Positions 28,149 through 36,358 of a stretch of DNA of 49,433 bases are shown here, one piece after another. Each line of letters starts with the position of its first letter. The stretch's first letter is position 1. Where the stretch lies: positions 1 through 49,433 of IMG/VR virus record IMGVR_UViG_3300017707_001431. One strand, given 5' to 3'. The notes under the pieces are model-generated. The model saw only the letters and a list, made by a program, of their open reading frames with translations, was not told the origin of the DNA and searched no databases. The stretch is from a virus (Duplodnaviria > Caudoviricetes). The position numbers and the translations under genes are program-made.

Positions 28149-28170
28149 GTCATTCCTTTCATTTTGAAAT

Positions 28171-28210
28171 CACCGGGCCGATGCAAATTCAGAGAAACTA
28201 CGGCCCGGTG
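28171..28210 (-). other. 10-bp perfect hairpin downstream of tRNA
   Basis: CACCGGGCCG-N20-CGGCCCGGTG. Confidence 0.6.
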
Positions 28211-28234
28211 GAGCGAGCCACACGGCCCGCGAAA

Positions 28235-28307
28235 TACTCTCGGCGGGACTCGAACCCGCTGTTGTCCAGATTGAAGGTCTGGTGACTCACCCGTTGTCAT
28301 CAAGAGC
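28235..28307 (-). tRNA. tRNA-Glu(UUC), atypical (C33, A8), CCA not encoded
   Basis: Acceptor GCTCTTG/CGAGAGT, D stem GAC/GTC, anticodon arm CCAGA-CCTTCAA-TCTGG, T arm GCGGG-TTCGAGT-CCCGC. Confidence 0.85.
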
Positions 28308-28312
28308 AAAGC

Positions 28313-28510
28313 GGAACCGGCCTATTCGTGATCAGCCGATCCCTTTCGTGTTTGGCCCTGACACGGATGCAAGCAATGATTCCCGATGTCTGACGCCACG
28401 TTTATACGGCACGAACCGCACGTAGCTTTCTCGTCGGAGAGGCGCGAAGCAGATCATCCGCAGTTGATCGCGCTGCCATGACTGTCAACCGGTTTCCCGG
28501 CAAAGGGCCT
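28313..28510 (-). ncRNA. Candidate multi-stem structured RNA upstream of tRNA
   Basis: GGCCCT/AGGGCC and GACA/TGTC closing helices, CCGG-GAAA-CCGG, GCGCGA/TCGCGC, GCTACGT/ACGTGGC, GGGATCGGCT/GGCCGGTTCC; no ORF. Confidence 0.5.
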
Positions 28511-28674
28511 ATGGTGTATTCAGTTTTCAAAAGCCCGCTTCGCTACCTTCCCCTCTCGGGGCCTCTCGCGTCACGGGTATAGTTGTCTGCCGCCCGGCGG
28601 TTTGGCTCTCACGCGGCGTAGAGACGAAAGGAGGCCACGAAGCGTTTCCGCTCCGTACTTCTCCGCCAGATCAC

Positions 28675-28938
28675 TCACCGGTTAATCTCCTCGAAAACAC
28701 CGTCGTGACTTTCGACACGACGATGCTTGACCTTTGGAGTCGTAGGGCTCGAAACGCGCCGGACTCTCACCAGCGTCTTGATGTACCGAATCGAAAGGGG
28801 ATCAACCCCGTGAACCTCAGCGTAAATCTCACACGCGTAAGCATGAGAATCAGCGAACACACCCAGCAGCTTTCGCGGGTCGAGGCTCAAGCACACATAG
28901 CAATGAAGCCTCTTGTATTGCTCGGTTGCTGTGGGCAT
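28675..28938 (-). CDS. Hypothetical protein (start may be GTG 28959)
   Basis: MPTATEQY with AAAGGTGA upstream. Confidence 0.55.
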   Translation of the reverse strand: MPTATEQYKRLHCYVCLSLDPRKLLGVFADSHAYACEIYAEVHGVDPLSIRYIKTLVRVRRVSSPTTPKVKHRRVESHDGVFEEINR

Positions 28939-29256
28939 AATCACCTTTGAAAGTTGCACTTCGGTGCTACCTTTCGTGCGGGCCGTCAGGGAATGTCGCA
29001 AACGTACCTGGCGGCTCTTTTTCTTTCCCGGAATTCACCGATCCGGGTTCGGGGCCAACCGCAAACGATGAAGGCCCCACGGTTTTTCAAAGCGACGGAT
29101 CAAAGTCGCGTGACCCGCTCACCATCAAGCACCATTAAGCACTTGCTACCGAGTGACAGAACTTGCGTTTCCACACGCCCTGCGCAATACTTCAAACACG
29201 TTTGTCGATCTGAATCGCCTTTAGGTTTCTACCTTTCGTGGGGCGGTTCTTTCGGC

Positions 29257-29298
29257 AAAAACAGGCTTGAGTTTGGTTGTCGCGACCTGACTCAAGCC
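29257..29298 (-). terminator. Probable intrinsic terminator
   Basis: GGCTTGAGT/ACTCAAGCC stem followed by TGTTTTT. Confidence 0.6.
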
Positions 29299-29308
29299 GA
29301 CTTTGTTT

Positions 29309-29455
29309 TCAAATCTCTCCATATTCGTGGTCATTCACTTCAACATCCGGCGCGAACCATTCCGACAGAAACGCCCACAACATCACCAGCGGGGACAACA
29401 GGAGGATCACGATGATCAGCAGGGTTATCGCGAGTGCGTTTGTGAGTGCTTTCAT
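29309..29455 (-). CDS. Small membrane protein (48 aa), not in ORF track
   Basis: MKALTNALAITLLIIVILLLSPLVMLWAFLSEW...; AGGAG SD. Confidence 0.7.
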   Translation of the reverse strand: MKALTNALAITLLIIVILLLSPLVMLWAFLSEWFAPDVEVNDHEYGEI

Positions 29456-29527
29456 GTGACTCCTACCCTTTCCCAGATTCCCCAAACGGCATAGGAATCA
29501 TTGAAACGTGTCCGCGATTTCTAATTC

Positions 29528-29737
29528 CTAAGCGCGAGCGGGGGCGTGTACATTCCTTTGCACTTCCGATTTACGCCCGCCTGCCCAGCCCTGAGAAGCC
29601 TGATCGTTGCGGTCGAGAAACTCACGTAATGCCACCCGGATTGTGTCTGAGAGCGGACGGTCATTGTTTCGCTTACTGAAAGCCTCTGCGCGCTCTCTGA
29701 GTTCCGGTGGCATCGAAATAGTTGTCGTCGTTCTCAT
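29528..29737 (-). CDS. Ribbon-helix-helix (CopG/Arc-like) regulator
   Basis: TTTISMPPELRERAE....RPLSDTIRVALREFL. Confidence 0.82.
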   Translation of the reverse strand: MRTTTTISMPPELRERAEAFSKRNNDRPLSDTIRVALREFLDRNDQASQGWAGGRKSEVQRNVHAPARA

Positions 29738-29746
29738 TGAAGGTAC

Positions 29747-29779
29747 ATCATGATTACGCCGAGCTTACTTGTCAAGTAA
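29747..29779 (-). promoter_or_regulatory. Main early promoter with palindrome over -35
   Basis: TTGACA-17-CATGAT, 9 nt before ATG; TTACTTG-T-CAAGTAA at 29765-29779. Confidence 0.7.
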
Positions 29780-30096
29780 ATTTGAACACAGTTTAACTTA
29801 TTGTGTTAACGCTTGGAGGCGTCAATGGTTATGTTGTCCGCCGTGGAAAAGCAATGGCTTGGCCGGATTGTTGACTTCCACCTGATACGAATACGCGCCG
29901 ACTCGAATACGCATGACCGCTCCTACCCAAAAAGCGGGTTCCTTCCCGAACACACCATCCACTTTGGCGGTCGGTCTTATACCTAACAGTTACCGGACAT
30001 TGCAAGGGGAAAATCGCAAAGTGTAGCTACGGGATTTAGGATGACTGGGGACGGATTGTTTGATTTTCGGTGAACGCAGAAGGATGATCTGCGCGA

Positions 30097-30237
30097 ATGA
30101 CGTGGGCCGATCTGTGGATCATCCTCATCATGCTCATCTGGCCGGGGTTTCCGGTGGCGTGGGTGATTCGGGGATTGTGGCGGACGTGGTGTAGGGAGAG
30201 GGACGGGGTGAGGGTGGGGTTCGAGGTGAAGATATGA
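30097..30237 (+). CDS. Small membrane protein (46 aa), not in ORF track
   Basis: MTWADLWIILIMLIWPGFPVAWVIRGLW...GFEVKI; stop overlaps next ATG (ATGA). Confidence 0.6.
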   Translation: MTWADLWIILIMLIWPGFPVAWVIRGLWRTWCRERDGVRVGFEVKI

Positions 30238-31130
30238 AATATGTCATGGTGATGATCGTGGCGGTGATGGTGTGTGGGGTGGGTGGGCAGACGACTGCGC
30301 CGTCAACGCAACCGGCCGGTGATGTACTGCCGCTGATTATTGCCGCCGTCAAAGCTGGAAACCACCGCGAGGCAATCAAGGCCGGCGAAACATATCTGGC
30401 GACATTCCCCAAGGGAAAAATGAAACAGCCCGAGCAAGCCGCCACCGCGCATTGCATCGCCGTTTCATACTTCCGTCTGAACCAACCGCCCAAAGCCCGC
30501 GAGTGGATGGACAAGGCATGGGCAGCGGGATTCACCAGTAAGTCAATGGCACTCAACCGGGCGATCATGGACATCAAGCTGCAAGGCACGCTCGTGCGCG
30601 GAATGAAGCAACTTGAATCCGCTTTGCCCCAATACGGCGTCGATGAAATTAGCGTCGATGCGTTAGGCTATGCGATCTCTCAGGGAATGAAAAACTCTGT
30701 CACGAAACCAGACGCTGCGAAGATGGTCGATTCATACACGCGGTTCAATACACAGCTTGAGGCGACGAAGCCGGGGCAAAAGCACTATGGCAATCAGTGG
30801 ATGACTGCTGATGAGTATCAGAAGATGATGAATCCGAGATTGCCGTCTGGACAGAATTATCAAGCCGGACTCGCCTACGCGGTGTCTCAGGTTGAAAGAT
30901 GCAAGGCCGAAGTGAATAAGTGTGCGGCGGCACTGGCGCAAGCAAAAAGAGAAGCAGCGATCAATGGCGGCGGCGACACCTCTGCAGCACAAAACAATCT
31001 GTCCCGCGCGCAAGCGGATTTGAAAGCCGCCCAACAATCTGTAGTTAGAATCGAAGCCATGATTCCGCAAGCAACTTTTGCGGCCCCGGTTTCGCTGTAC
31101 GATCCAGAGCCTACGGTTGTGGCCCGTTAA
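30234..31130 (+). CDS. Secreted/periplasmic TPR-like and coiled-coil moron protein
   Basis: Signal peptide, QTTAPSTQPA, helical repeats; opposite strand to lytic genes. Confidence 0.75.
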   Translation: MKYVMVMIVAVMVCGVGGQTTAPSTQPAGDVLPLIIAAVKAGNHREAIKAGETYLATFPKGKMKQPEQAATAHCIAVSYFRLNQPPKAREWMDKAWAAGFTSKSMALNRAIMDIKLQGTLVRGMKQLESALPQYGVDEISVDALGYAISQGMKNSVTKPDAAKMVDSYTRFNTQLEATKPGQKHYGNQWMTADEYQKMMNPRLPSGQNYQAGLAYAVSQVERCKAEVNKCAAALAQAKREAAINGGGDTSAAQNNLSRAQADLKAAQQSVVRIEAMIPQATFAAPVSLYDPEPTVVAR

Positions 31131-31371
31131 GTTTCATCTGCCGCGCCTTGCATCCCCCACACCCCGGCTTGCGTCTCATCTTGCGCAGTAGCCACTGGAT
31201 GCCCGTCCTGTAGGTGATCGCCGCGATGATGTCACCAAGCCCGAGCTTGTATCGTCCGATGGAGCAGAGCCGTTGGCGAGCGTGTTCGATGATGCCTACG
31301 CCGTCGATGGTGCAATCGCCACCATTGCGTCTTTGGCATCTGTGGCACACATGAAGCAAGCGTGTTTTCAT
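31111..31371 (-). CDS. Small Cys-rich late protein (GLGD...CGGC..RQ..LN family)
   Basis: LGLGDIIAAITYRTGI..PGCGGCKARQMKLN; ATGA overlap. Confidence 0.75.
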   Translation of the reverse strand: MKTRLLHVCHRCQRRNGGDCTIDGVGIIEHARQRLCSIGRYKLGLGDIIAAITYRTGIQWLLRKMRRKPGCGGCKARQMKLNGPQP

Positions 31372-32030
31372 TTGGTCATAACAACAACCGGAGCGGATGC
31401 GCCAGAGTAGTTCGCAGTCATCGAAGTAAATTCAATTTCGGTGATGGTTCCACCGTCGCAATCGCCAACAGAGTAACTAGAGTCTGACAGACCGGACGCC
31501 ATCAACCATGTGAATGAATCATCTGGCATTTGCTGTGAAATGAGCAATTCAAAACGTCCTACGTTCGCTCCTGTTTTGTAGAAGTACAGTCCGTAATCAA
31601 CGTAGTTTGACAAGCTGGTAAACGACGCGCAAGACGAGTCGCTGTAATTTGAAAACGTCTTTCCAGGTAGCCAAAACCAGTAGCAGGAATCCGCCGTCAC
31701 GTCTGGGGAGAGAAGTATTCTGCTGTCAGTTGCATCCAACGAGGTTGTGCATTTCAGTGAATTTACTCCAGCCGGATGCGTCGTGGTTGGAACGATGCAA
31801 GTTGACGAATCTACGCCGCTTGAAGCGGTTGTAATCGTCCATGTTGATCCGTCGCTGATGTCGCAGCATGTAGTGTATCCGCCGCACCCCTTGCTCAAAT
31901 GCCCCGTCGATGTTTTCAGCAGATGCCCGGACGCGCCTTTTTTCAGGTGCGCCATCGACAGCACGGACGGCATACGCCACCACGGGCCAGATCGGGGTTG
32001 CCAGAGTTTCGGGGTGGGGATCGCGAGCAT
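31368..32030 (-). CDS. Cys-rich tail tip/receptor-binding candidate
   Basis: End of tail module; HLxKxxxG repeats then GC..TCC; Ser/Thr-rich, lower-GC C-terminal half. Confidence 0.55.
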   Translation of the reverse strand: MLAIPTPKLWQPRSGPWWRMPSVLSMAHLKKGASGHLLKTSTGHLSKGCGGYTTCCDISDGSTWTITTASSGVDSSTCIVPTTTHPAGVNSLKCTTSLDATDSRILLSPDVTADSCYWFWLPGKTFSNYSDSSCASFTSLSNYVDYGLYFYKTGANVGRFELLISQQMPDDSFTWLMASGLSDSSYSVGDCDGGTITEIEFTSMTANYSGASAPVVVMTK

Positions 32031-32716
32031 CAGCAGTCTTCAGGCGAGTCGATGGTGTATCTGGTTTCGGCACTCACGGCGATCAAGAGGCCGGTCGAGT
32101 CATGGCTTAGCTTTCGAGCAAATCCGTACAGAATCTCACCCGACGCATGATCATAGACCGTCCTTGATTGCATCCATACATCAACAGGTGTTCCATTAGT
32201 CGCGCGTGACCATGAATCAGTGGCGGCGGTTTCTGAGCCTTCAGACGACGAACCAATGACTGTTGGCGATGCAGTAGAACCCGCTGGTGCGCCGATGATG
32301 ATCCCGATCTCAAGCAGCCCGATCGACACGCCCGTGCGGATCACCCCCACATATTCACCGTCGTCGATAAGGTGAGTCGATGCACCCGCTTCGGCGGTGT
32401 TGATGAGGATCATTGAATCCTCGCCATCGTCTTCAAGAAGATCGGCCGGCGCGGCTGGGTCACCGGGATCGAATGTGCCGGCGTCGTTCACGCGCACGCG
32501 CCGTGCGGCATAGATTCCACCGCCCGTGGCCGGGTTGGTGATCTGGCAAAGCAAAATCAGCTTGCCAAGGTGGGGATGATCGCCGCCAGTGGACGGCATG
32601 ACGCCGCTGGCCGAGTTCACCTGGTCGATGATGCCGTGCAAGTCCTGCGAACGGGCGAGCTTGCCGGATTGCGGCTTGTCGTTGTAGCCGATTTTTGAAA
32701 ACGGAACGTATGCCAT
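32030..32716 (-). CDS. Tail protein
   Basis: Position, 1-nt stop/start overlaps, acidic Gly/Thr/Ser-rich. Confidence 0.6.
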   Translation of the reverse strand: MAYVPFSKIGYNDKPQSGKLARSQDLHGIIDQVNSASGVMPSTGGDHPHLGKLILLCQITNPATGGGIYAARRVRVNDAGTFDPGDPAAPADLLEDDGEDSMILINTAEAGASTHLIDDGEYVGVIRTGVSIGLLEIGIIIGAPAGSTASPTVIGSSSEGSETAATDSWSRATNGTPVDVWMQSRTVYDHASGEILYGFARKLSHDSTGLLIAVSAETRYTIDSPEDC

Positions 32717-33546
32717 TATGCGAATCCAAACAGGAGCTCGAAGGGAATGACGTCATAGGGACAGGCGCGCACAAAGCCGTTCGTGCCGCCGCCAAGAACC
32801 GTCATCGGCGTGTAGGTCATTCCGGCAATGGAATCGATCGCAGCTTGTGAAACCGGTGCAAATCTCCCGGTGGCAGAATTGCGGAGAACGCCGAAAACTG
32901 ACCAATCTTCGTTCGTTTTTGTGACCGCCAGCATGTCGCGCATGTAGTAACCGGCGTATCGGGAGATGGATGTCCTGAATCGCATCAGCCGCCAGTAACC
33001 GATTTCCAGCCCGCGCCATGTGTCACTGTTGCAGAAGTTCACATACTGATCGTTCAATTCGCCATCCGGTGAACCGTACATCAGTGCCTGAACACTGACC
33101 GCCCGCATGGCCCGGTCAATGCCGAACGTGATGAAGTCTTCCTGAATGCTCAGTCCCGAGGTCGCATCCGTGAATGAGCATCGAATCGGCTGGCGGGTGC
33201 CTGGCATGATGTTCGTCTGATATGAGCCGATGTAGCTTTCGAATGTGATGAGATACGCCGACGCAGGCCCACCTGGGTTGAATGTCTCATAGACCAACTG
33301 GACTCGCACGGAGTCGGCCGAGACGCCACGAACCAGAACACGATTGAACTTCAGATCAGGGCGCGTGGGGTGTACCTGTCCAGCCGTGGGCATCCCGGCC
33401 AATGTCAGCACCGAGAACAACAGGTCGGCAGGATCGCCGGTTGTCGGCAAGCCGGTGATGAGCGCCCCGCGCGAGTGCCGCGCCACAACGCCGATCACTT
33501 CGAGCGCGGAATCTTCAACGGTGTCGAATAGGATTTCGGTTGCCAT
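32716..33546 (-). CDS. Distal tail/baseplate hub-like protein
   Basis: First co-directional gene after tape measure; GMPTAGQVHP, VNFCNSDTWRG. Confidence 0.6.
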   Translation of the reverse strand: MATEILFDTVEDSALEVIGVVARHSRGALITGLPTTGDPADLLFSVLTLAGMPTAGQVHPTRPDLKFNRVLVRGVSADSVRVQLVYETFNPGGPASAYLITFESYIGSYQTNIMPGTRQPIRCSFTDATSGLSIQEDFITFGIDRAMRAVSVQALMYGSPDGELNDQYVNFCNSDTWRGLEIGYWRLMRFRTSISRYAGYYMRDMLAVTKTNEDWSVFGVLRNSATGRFAPVSQAAIDSIAGMTYTPMTVLGGGTNGFVRACPYDVIPFELLFGFA

Positions 33547-33676
33547 GGGTTATCTGTTTGGAAGGTCGATTTGATGAAATGGGCGTGGTGCTACAGTCGG
33601 CAAATCCTGCGTATCTTTCCGGTCTTACAATCTTCCTCTACCGCTATAGTCACCAGTTCGATTATGCTTCCCGCCC

Positions 33677-34315
33677 GTGGAATCCTGCGCCAACTGCAAC
33701 CGGCCGATCGGCAACCTTGAAACGCCTCATCTGTGGCAGGGGAATGTCGTTTGTCCAGAGTGCCATGCGCGGCTGTCCAGCCTGCCAGCCGTCGATTCTG
33801 CGGCGTCGGGCGGGACGACGAACCAGACGATCAACTTCAATAAGATCGACGTGCAGGCGACGGGGGACGCGGGGGAGCGGGTTTTCTACAACTCCCCGGA
33901 TATTGTTGTGACAAATCGGCGGTTGATCGCGTTTGGAACGACGTATCCGGTAAATCACATCACGTCGGTTTCTGCGCAAACAGTTCCCGTGGATAAGTCC
34001 GGGCCGGTCGGGCTTTTGGTTGTGGGAGTCATTGCGATCATCGGGGCGATCGGTGCATTCGTGTACGCCAATGAACAAACCGGAAATCAAAGCCGTCCGA
34101 GCGCATTCGGTTTTGCGAACTGCGTCACGATCGGCGCTTTGATTATCTTCATCCCGTCTCTGTTTTGGGTGATCGCGCTATTCAAAAGGTCGAAACAGTA
34201 TCAGGTTCAAATCACCACGTCCGCACATCCTGTGGTAATCACCACTGGAAAGAGTCGGGATTTTGCAACCGCAATTGCAAGGCACATCAACGATGCAATC
34301 GGATCGTCACGCTAA
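33677..34315 (+). CDS. Membrane moron: zinc ribbon plus DUF6232-like domain
   Basis: CANC/CPEC; IVVTNRRL..GTTYPVNHITSV, two TM, YQVQITTS..AIARHINDAI. Confidence 0.75.
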   Translation: MESCANCNRPIGNLETPHLWQGNVVCPECHARLSSLPAVDSAASGGTTNQTINFNKIDVQATGDAGERVFYNSPDIVVTNRRLIAFGTTYPVNHITSVSAQTVPVDKSGPVGLLVVGVIAIIGAIGAFVYANEQTGNQSRPSAFGFANCVTIGALIIFIPSLFWVIALFKRSKQYQVQITTSAHPVVITTGKSRDFATAIARHINDAIGSSR

Positions 34316-36357
34316 AGGTTCTTGATCGCGTCCAAAATCTGATCGGCCAGCGTTTTCAGTTCCTTCATCACCGCCGTGGGATCTTCCTGATCGCGCGGGT
34401 TTTGAATCGAGAGATTGCGCAGGTCATATTCTTCACCGCGAAACGCATCAGAGTAATTCTGTTTCAGCAGGGACAGTCTCGCCACGCCTTCTCGCCCAGC
34501 GTTTCGAGCGCCTTCCCTGTCACCATTCCGGAGTGACGTTGTAACGTCCTGCAAAGCACCGCCTGCAATCAGTTCGCCTTCAGCGCCGTAGGGGTCACGG
34601 GCGAGTGATCGGCCGAGTGACCGGATTCGTGTTTGTTGTCCGCGATGGATGTCGCCCAGACTGTCGCCGCGTTGCTGAATCGCTTCGGCCCTGCTACCGA
34701 AGAACCTGGCCTTTCTCGCCCACCGCTCGGGACTAAATGACGACATGCCTTCGGTGTCACTGTCATAGCCTGCCTGCAATCCGGTCAACACCGATCCGAA
34801 CGGATCACGGCCAATGCGTTGCCCGCTCGAAACCATATCCGCCTTGCTCTCGATCCATCGTCTAGAGTTGGCGATATTTGCCTGTTGCAAATCGGCCGCA
34901 CGCGCCCCATTGATGGATGCGACCCGGCCTGCGTGGCCCGGCTGGCTCGCGTCCAGATTTCCGATAACAGCGTCGGCCGACGCGTTGATTCTTCCAACCG
35001 CGCCGCCGTAGGAAAACCCGGCCATCGCGCCCAATGCGCCGCCGGTTGCAGCATTGGTCATGGCGGATGCGTAGGTATTGGATCGGAGCGCCGTCGCAAA
35101 TTCGGCCTGCCGTTGTTCAAACTGCGATGATCCAAGTGCCGACATTGCCATTCGGCGAGCGCCGCCCGGCAACAGTTTTGTCGCGCGATCCATTTCATCC
35201 ATCGAATTCGCGTGATCCTGCTGCATCACCATCATGCCGGATTCAAAGGCGCGATTCTGTCCGCGCGAACGCGCGGCGTCGGCGGCGATGTAGTTCGTGT
35301 CGGCATCGCGGCGGGATTGGGTGATTGCGAATGCTTCACTCTCGCCAGCCAGTTGTGCTGTCGAGGAACGGAGATTGCCGACGCCTGCTTGCCCCCTGGC
35401 TTCCGGCGTCATCTGGGCAATTGAATCGTCAAGGGCGGAAACGGATTCTCTGGCCGACGCGATATTTGCAGAGTATCCGGTGAGCCTCACCCGGCCCATT
35501 GCCCGCACAATCGCCCGGGATTGCGTGTTGGATTCGTCGCCAACCTTTGCACCAGCCGCATCACGCTGAGCCAGTTTTGCCTGATCGTATTGCGACCATC
35601 CCTGAAACACGTTGCTGAATGTGAGCGAATTGAGAGCACTGCCCACATAGAGCCCCATCGGATTGCCTTCTGATTGCGACACAACCGACGATGCCCGATC
35701 CAAGTTGGACGATGCCCGCATGAAGTAGGTTTGGGCATTTTCATCGGCGACCCGCCTTCCAAGCTGACCAACACCGTATGCCGCCGACGTGATTCCTGCT
35801 GCATAAGCCGCCGGCGACCCTGTAAAGAATCCTGATCGCGCCGCGGCGCTCGCCCTTGCTGCGTTTTCCGCTGCGTTGATAGAAGACCCTGCAATTCGTT
35901 CCTGTAACGCCAATGCGCCAATGTCCGCGAGGCTTGGCCCATGCAAGTCATTCACACCCAGCCCGGCGCTGGCGAGGATTTGAGACGTGGATGGAATCGA
36001 CGAATGGCGAGCCACTGCCGCATTCGTAAACACGCCGCCTACAAATGGCGTCACTGGCGAATGCACAATCGTCTGCGGCGTCGCCCGGAATGCGATCTGC
36101 TGCTGTTGTGCCATCGCAGGCCCAGACGGCCCGGACGATGGAAGCATGACGGGCGCGGATCCACCTGTGTACGGCAATCCAGTGCCGCCGCCCAGCGTTG
36201 AAGCCTCTCCCGGTGGAGTGATCGGCCCGCCGGCATTGCCGCCAAACCTGATCTGAATCGGCCGTGACTGAACATCCGCGGCGAACTTCTCCCAGTCCGC
36301 GCGCACGTTCCCGATGTTGCTGGAAAACTCAATTCCTAATGATGCGATTCTGCTCAT
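34312..36357 (-). CDS. Tape measure protein (681 aa)
   Basis: MSRIASLGIEFSSN start; Ala/Gly/Ser-rich helical; follows chaperone. Confidence 0.8.
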   Translation of the reverse strand: MSRIASLGIEFSSNIGNVRADWEKFAADVQSRPIQIRFGGNAGGPITPPGEASTLGGGTGLPYTGGSAPVMLPSSGPSGPAMAQQQQIAFRATPQTIVHSPVTPFVGGVFTNAAVARHSSIPSTSQILASAGLGVNDLHGPSLADIGALALQERIAGSSINAAENAARASAAARSGFFTGSPAAYAAGITSAAYGVGQLGRRVADENAQTYFMRASSNLDRASSVVSQSEGNPMGLYVGSALNSLTFSNVFQGWSQYDQAKLAQRDAAGAKVGDESNTQSRAIVRAMGRVRLTGYSANIASARESVSALDDSIAQMTPEARGQAGVGNLRSSTAQLAGESEAFAITQSRRDADTNYIAADAARSRGQNRAFESGMMVMQQDHANSMDEMDRATKLLPGGARRMAMSALGSSQFEQRQAEFATALRSNTYASAMTNAATGGALGAMAGFSYGGAVGRINASADAVIGNLDASQPGHAGRVASINGARAADLQQANIANSRRWIESKADMVSSGQRIGRDPFGSVLTGLQAGYDSDTEGMSSFSPERWARKARFFGSRAEAIQQRGDSLGDIHRGQQTRIRSLGRSLARDPYGAEGELIAGGALQDVTTSLRNGDREGARNAGREGVARLSLLKQNYSDAFRGEEYDLRNLSIQNPRDQEDPTAVMKELKTLADQILDAIKNL

Positions 36358-36358
36358 G

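Noticed and set aside
28150-28234. HDV-like theta ribozyme 3' of the tRNA
   Set aside because: I could find only a simple hairpin, not the nested double pseudoknot; a covariance-model search would settle it
28270-28278. CUUCAA read as a UCA opal-suppressor or Sec anticodon
   Set aside because: The CCAGA/TCTGG stem centres UUC; there is no long variable arm, and TGA is used as a normal stop in many ATGA/TGATG overlaps
29825-29990. 53-aa plus-strand ORF as a divergent repressor
   Set aside because: No HTH or RHH pattern; coding status unsupported
28150-30100. CRISPR mini-array in the non-coding regions
   Set aside because: No regularly spaced direct repeats of 25-40 bp
31368-32030. Diversity-generating retroelement target
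   Set aside because: No reverse transcriptase and no template/variable repeat pair seen
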